From: Parachlamydiales bacterium
GTDB taxonomy: Bacteria; Chlamydiota; Chlamydiia; Chlamydiales; Rhabdochlamydiaceae
DNA: 64,000 nucleotides
Direction: 5' to 3'
Assembly (NCBI GenBank): GCA_963705295.1
Contig: OY970065.1
Coordinates: 886,178-950,177, forward strand
Of this stretch, positions 63,402-64,000 are shown piece after piece. A program made the position numbers and the translations under genes. Position 1 is the stretch's first letter. Each line of letters opens with the position of its first letter. Below the pieces are notes generated by a model that ran no database searches, was not told the DNA's origin, and was given only the letters and a program-made list of their open reading frames with translations.

Positions 63402-64000
63402 AATTGCTGCTCTCATTTGGAAAGAACTCCTTGCTGTTCTCCGGGATCCTAGAAGCCGGATATCGATTTTGTTTCCACCGATTTTCCAACTCTTGATCTT
63501 CACATTCGCCGCCACACTCGATGTCAAAAATGTCCCTATCGGAATTTTAAATCGGGATAATGGAGAGCAAGCATTCGAACTCGTCCAACGGTTCCATGGG
63601 ACACCGTTTTTTAGCAAAATTATTTATCTCAAAAGTGTGGAAGAAATTCCCGATTTTGTCGACACCCAAAAAGGGGTGATGGTCGTTTCGATTGATGAGC
63701 AGTTTTCGAGAAATCTCGATAGCGGGCTTCCTGCCAATGTTCAACTCATTTTGGATGGAAGGAAGTCGAATACAGCTCAAATTGTTGTGGGATATACGAA
63801 TGAAATTGTGAAACAGTTTAATGCCGACTTTGAAGTAAAGGCAGAGATTCAGCAGCAAAATAGTGCACTTGTATTGAGGAACTGGTTCAATCCAAACCTT
63901 CTCTATTTTTGGTATAATATTCCGTCGCTCGTCGCGACATTATCGATGTTGACATGTCTTGTCGTCACGACACAGTCAGTTGCCCGTGAACGAGAACTGG
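63394..64000 (+). CDS. Second ABC-2 type permease (YbhR-like), 3' end beyond the window
   Basis: My manual translation from the ATG at 63394 is MHRIAALIWKELLAVLRDPRSRISILFPPIFQLLIFTFAATLDVKNVPIGILNRDNGEQ... and it stays open to the window end. It overlaps the upstream stop by 8 nt. It is absent from the ORF track because it has no stop. Confidence 0.75.
   Translation, partial: MHRIAALIWKELLAVLRDPRSRISILFPPIFQLLIFTFAATLDVKNVPIGILNRDNGEQAFELVQRFHGTPFFSKIIYLKSVEEIPDFVDTQKGVMVVSIDEQFSRNLDSGLPANVQLILDGRKSNTAQIVVGYTNEIVKQFNADFEVKAEIQQQNSALVLRNWFNPNLLYFWYNIPSLVATLSMLTCLVVTTQSVAREREL

Noticed and set aside
1-64000. CRISPR arrays, rRNA genes, transposases, reverse transcriptases
   Set aside because: Reading through the intergenic regions I saw no regularly spaced direct repeats, and no ORF had a transposase or RT motif. 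This was an eye scan only, so short or degenerate arrays could be missed.

Overview
This is a compact bacterial chromosomal window of about 80 genes, moderately AT-rich, with many 1-4 nt gene overlaps. All functional calls come from motifs read by eye in the supplied translations and DNA; no searches were run. The taxon cannot be established. The many exported orphan proteins and eukaryote-like enzymes suggest a host-associated bacterium, but this is unverified.

Layout:
- (1) 1-113: the 3' end of one tRNA, then an intact tRNA-Tyr(GTA).
- (2) 61-8858: an ~8.7 kb integrative island inserted in tRNA-Tyr, bounded by a perfect 67-bp direct repeat. It carries a tyrosine integrase, two small exported cargo proteins, a P4/satellite-like replication module (AlpA-like HTH, DUF927-type P-loop protein, Zn-finger/Toprim primase, HGGxSTG-like protein) and a RelE/antidote TA pair co-transcribed with an orphan gene.
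- (3) 8.9-11.7 kb: hicAB, a YbaK-like gene remnant, orphans, a GNAT and a 165-bp palindromic element.
- (4) 11.7-14.7 kb: housekeeping genes (ABC-F ATPase, DEAD-box helicase).
- (5) 14.7-23.9 kb: a run of exported hydrolase-like proteins (Asp-box/sialidase-like, PBP4, EEP/sphingomyelinase-like, Ntn hydrolase, PLC-like).
- (6) 23.9 kb: a second copy of the palindromic element family.
- (7) 26.3-30.4 kb: an orphan 879-aa protein plus a 490-aa membrane protein in one operon.
- (8) 31.0-34.2 kb: nfi translationally coupled to an ABC-2 exporter.
- (9) 37.2-39.8 kb: an exported Fe/Mn-SOD-like protein and two aldo/keto reductases. The first AKR carries an in-frame 162-nt palindromic element right after its start codon.
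- (10) 44.6-53.9 kb: nine consecutive genes for glycan-active proteins that all have an N-terminal hydrophobic leader (GH130, GH95 fucosidase, 3 methyltransferase-like, GT6, GT11, 2x GT92).
- (11) 54.1-56.2 kb: a MerR-like HTH gene plus an AlbA_2/HATPase-like gene, next to the 3' end of tmRNA (ssrA).
- (12) 56.6-64.0 kb: ileS and a YbhGFSR-type HlyD/ABC/ABC-2 exporter.

The most interesting candidates are the eukaryote-like GT11+GT6 (histo-blood-group type) exported glycosylation block and the palindromic elements, one of which appears to be translated (RPE-like). I saw no CRISPR array, rRNA or transposase.
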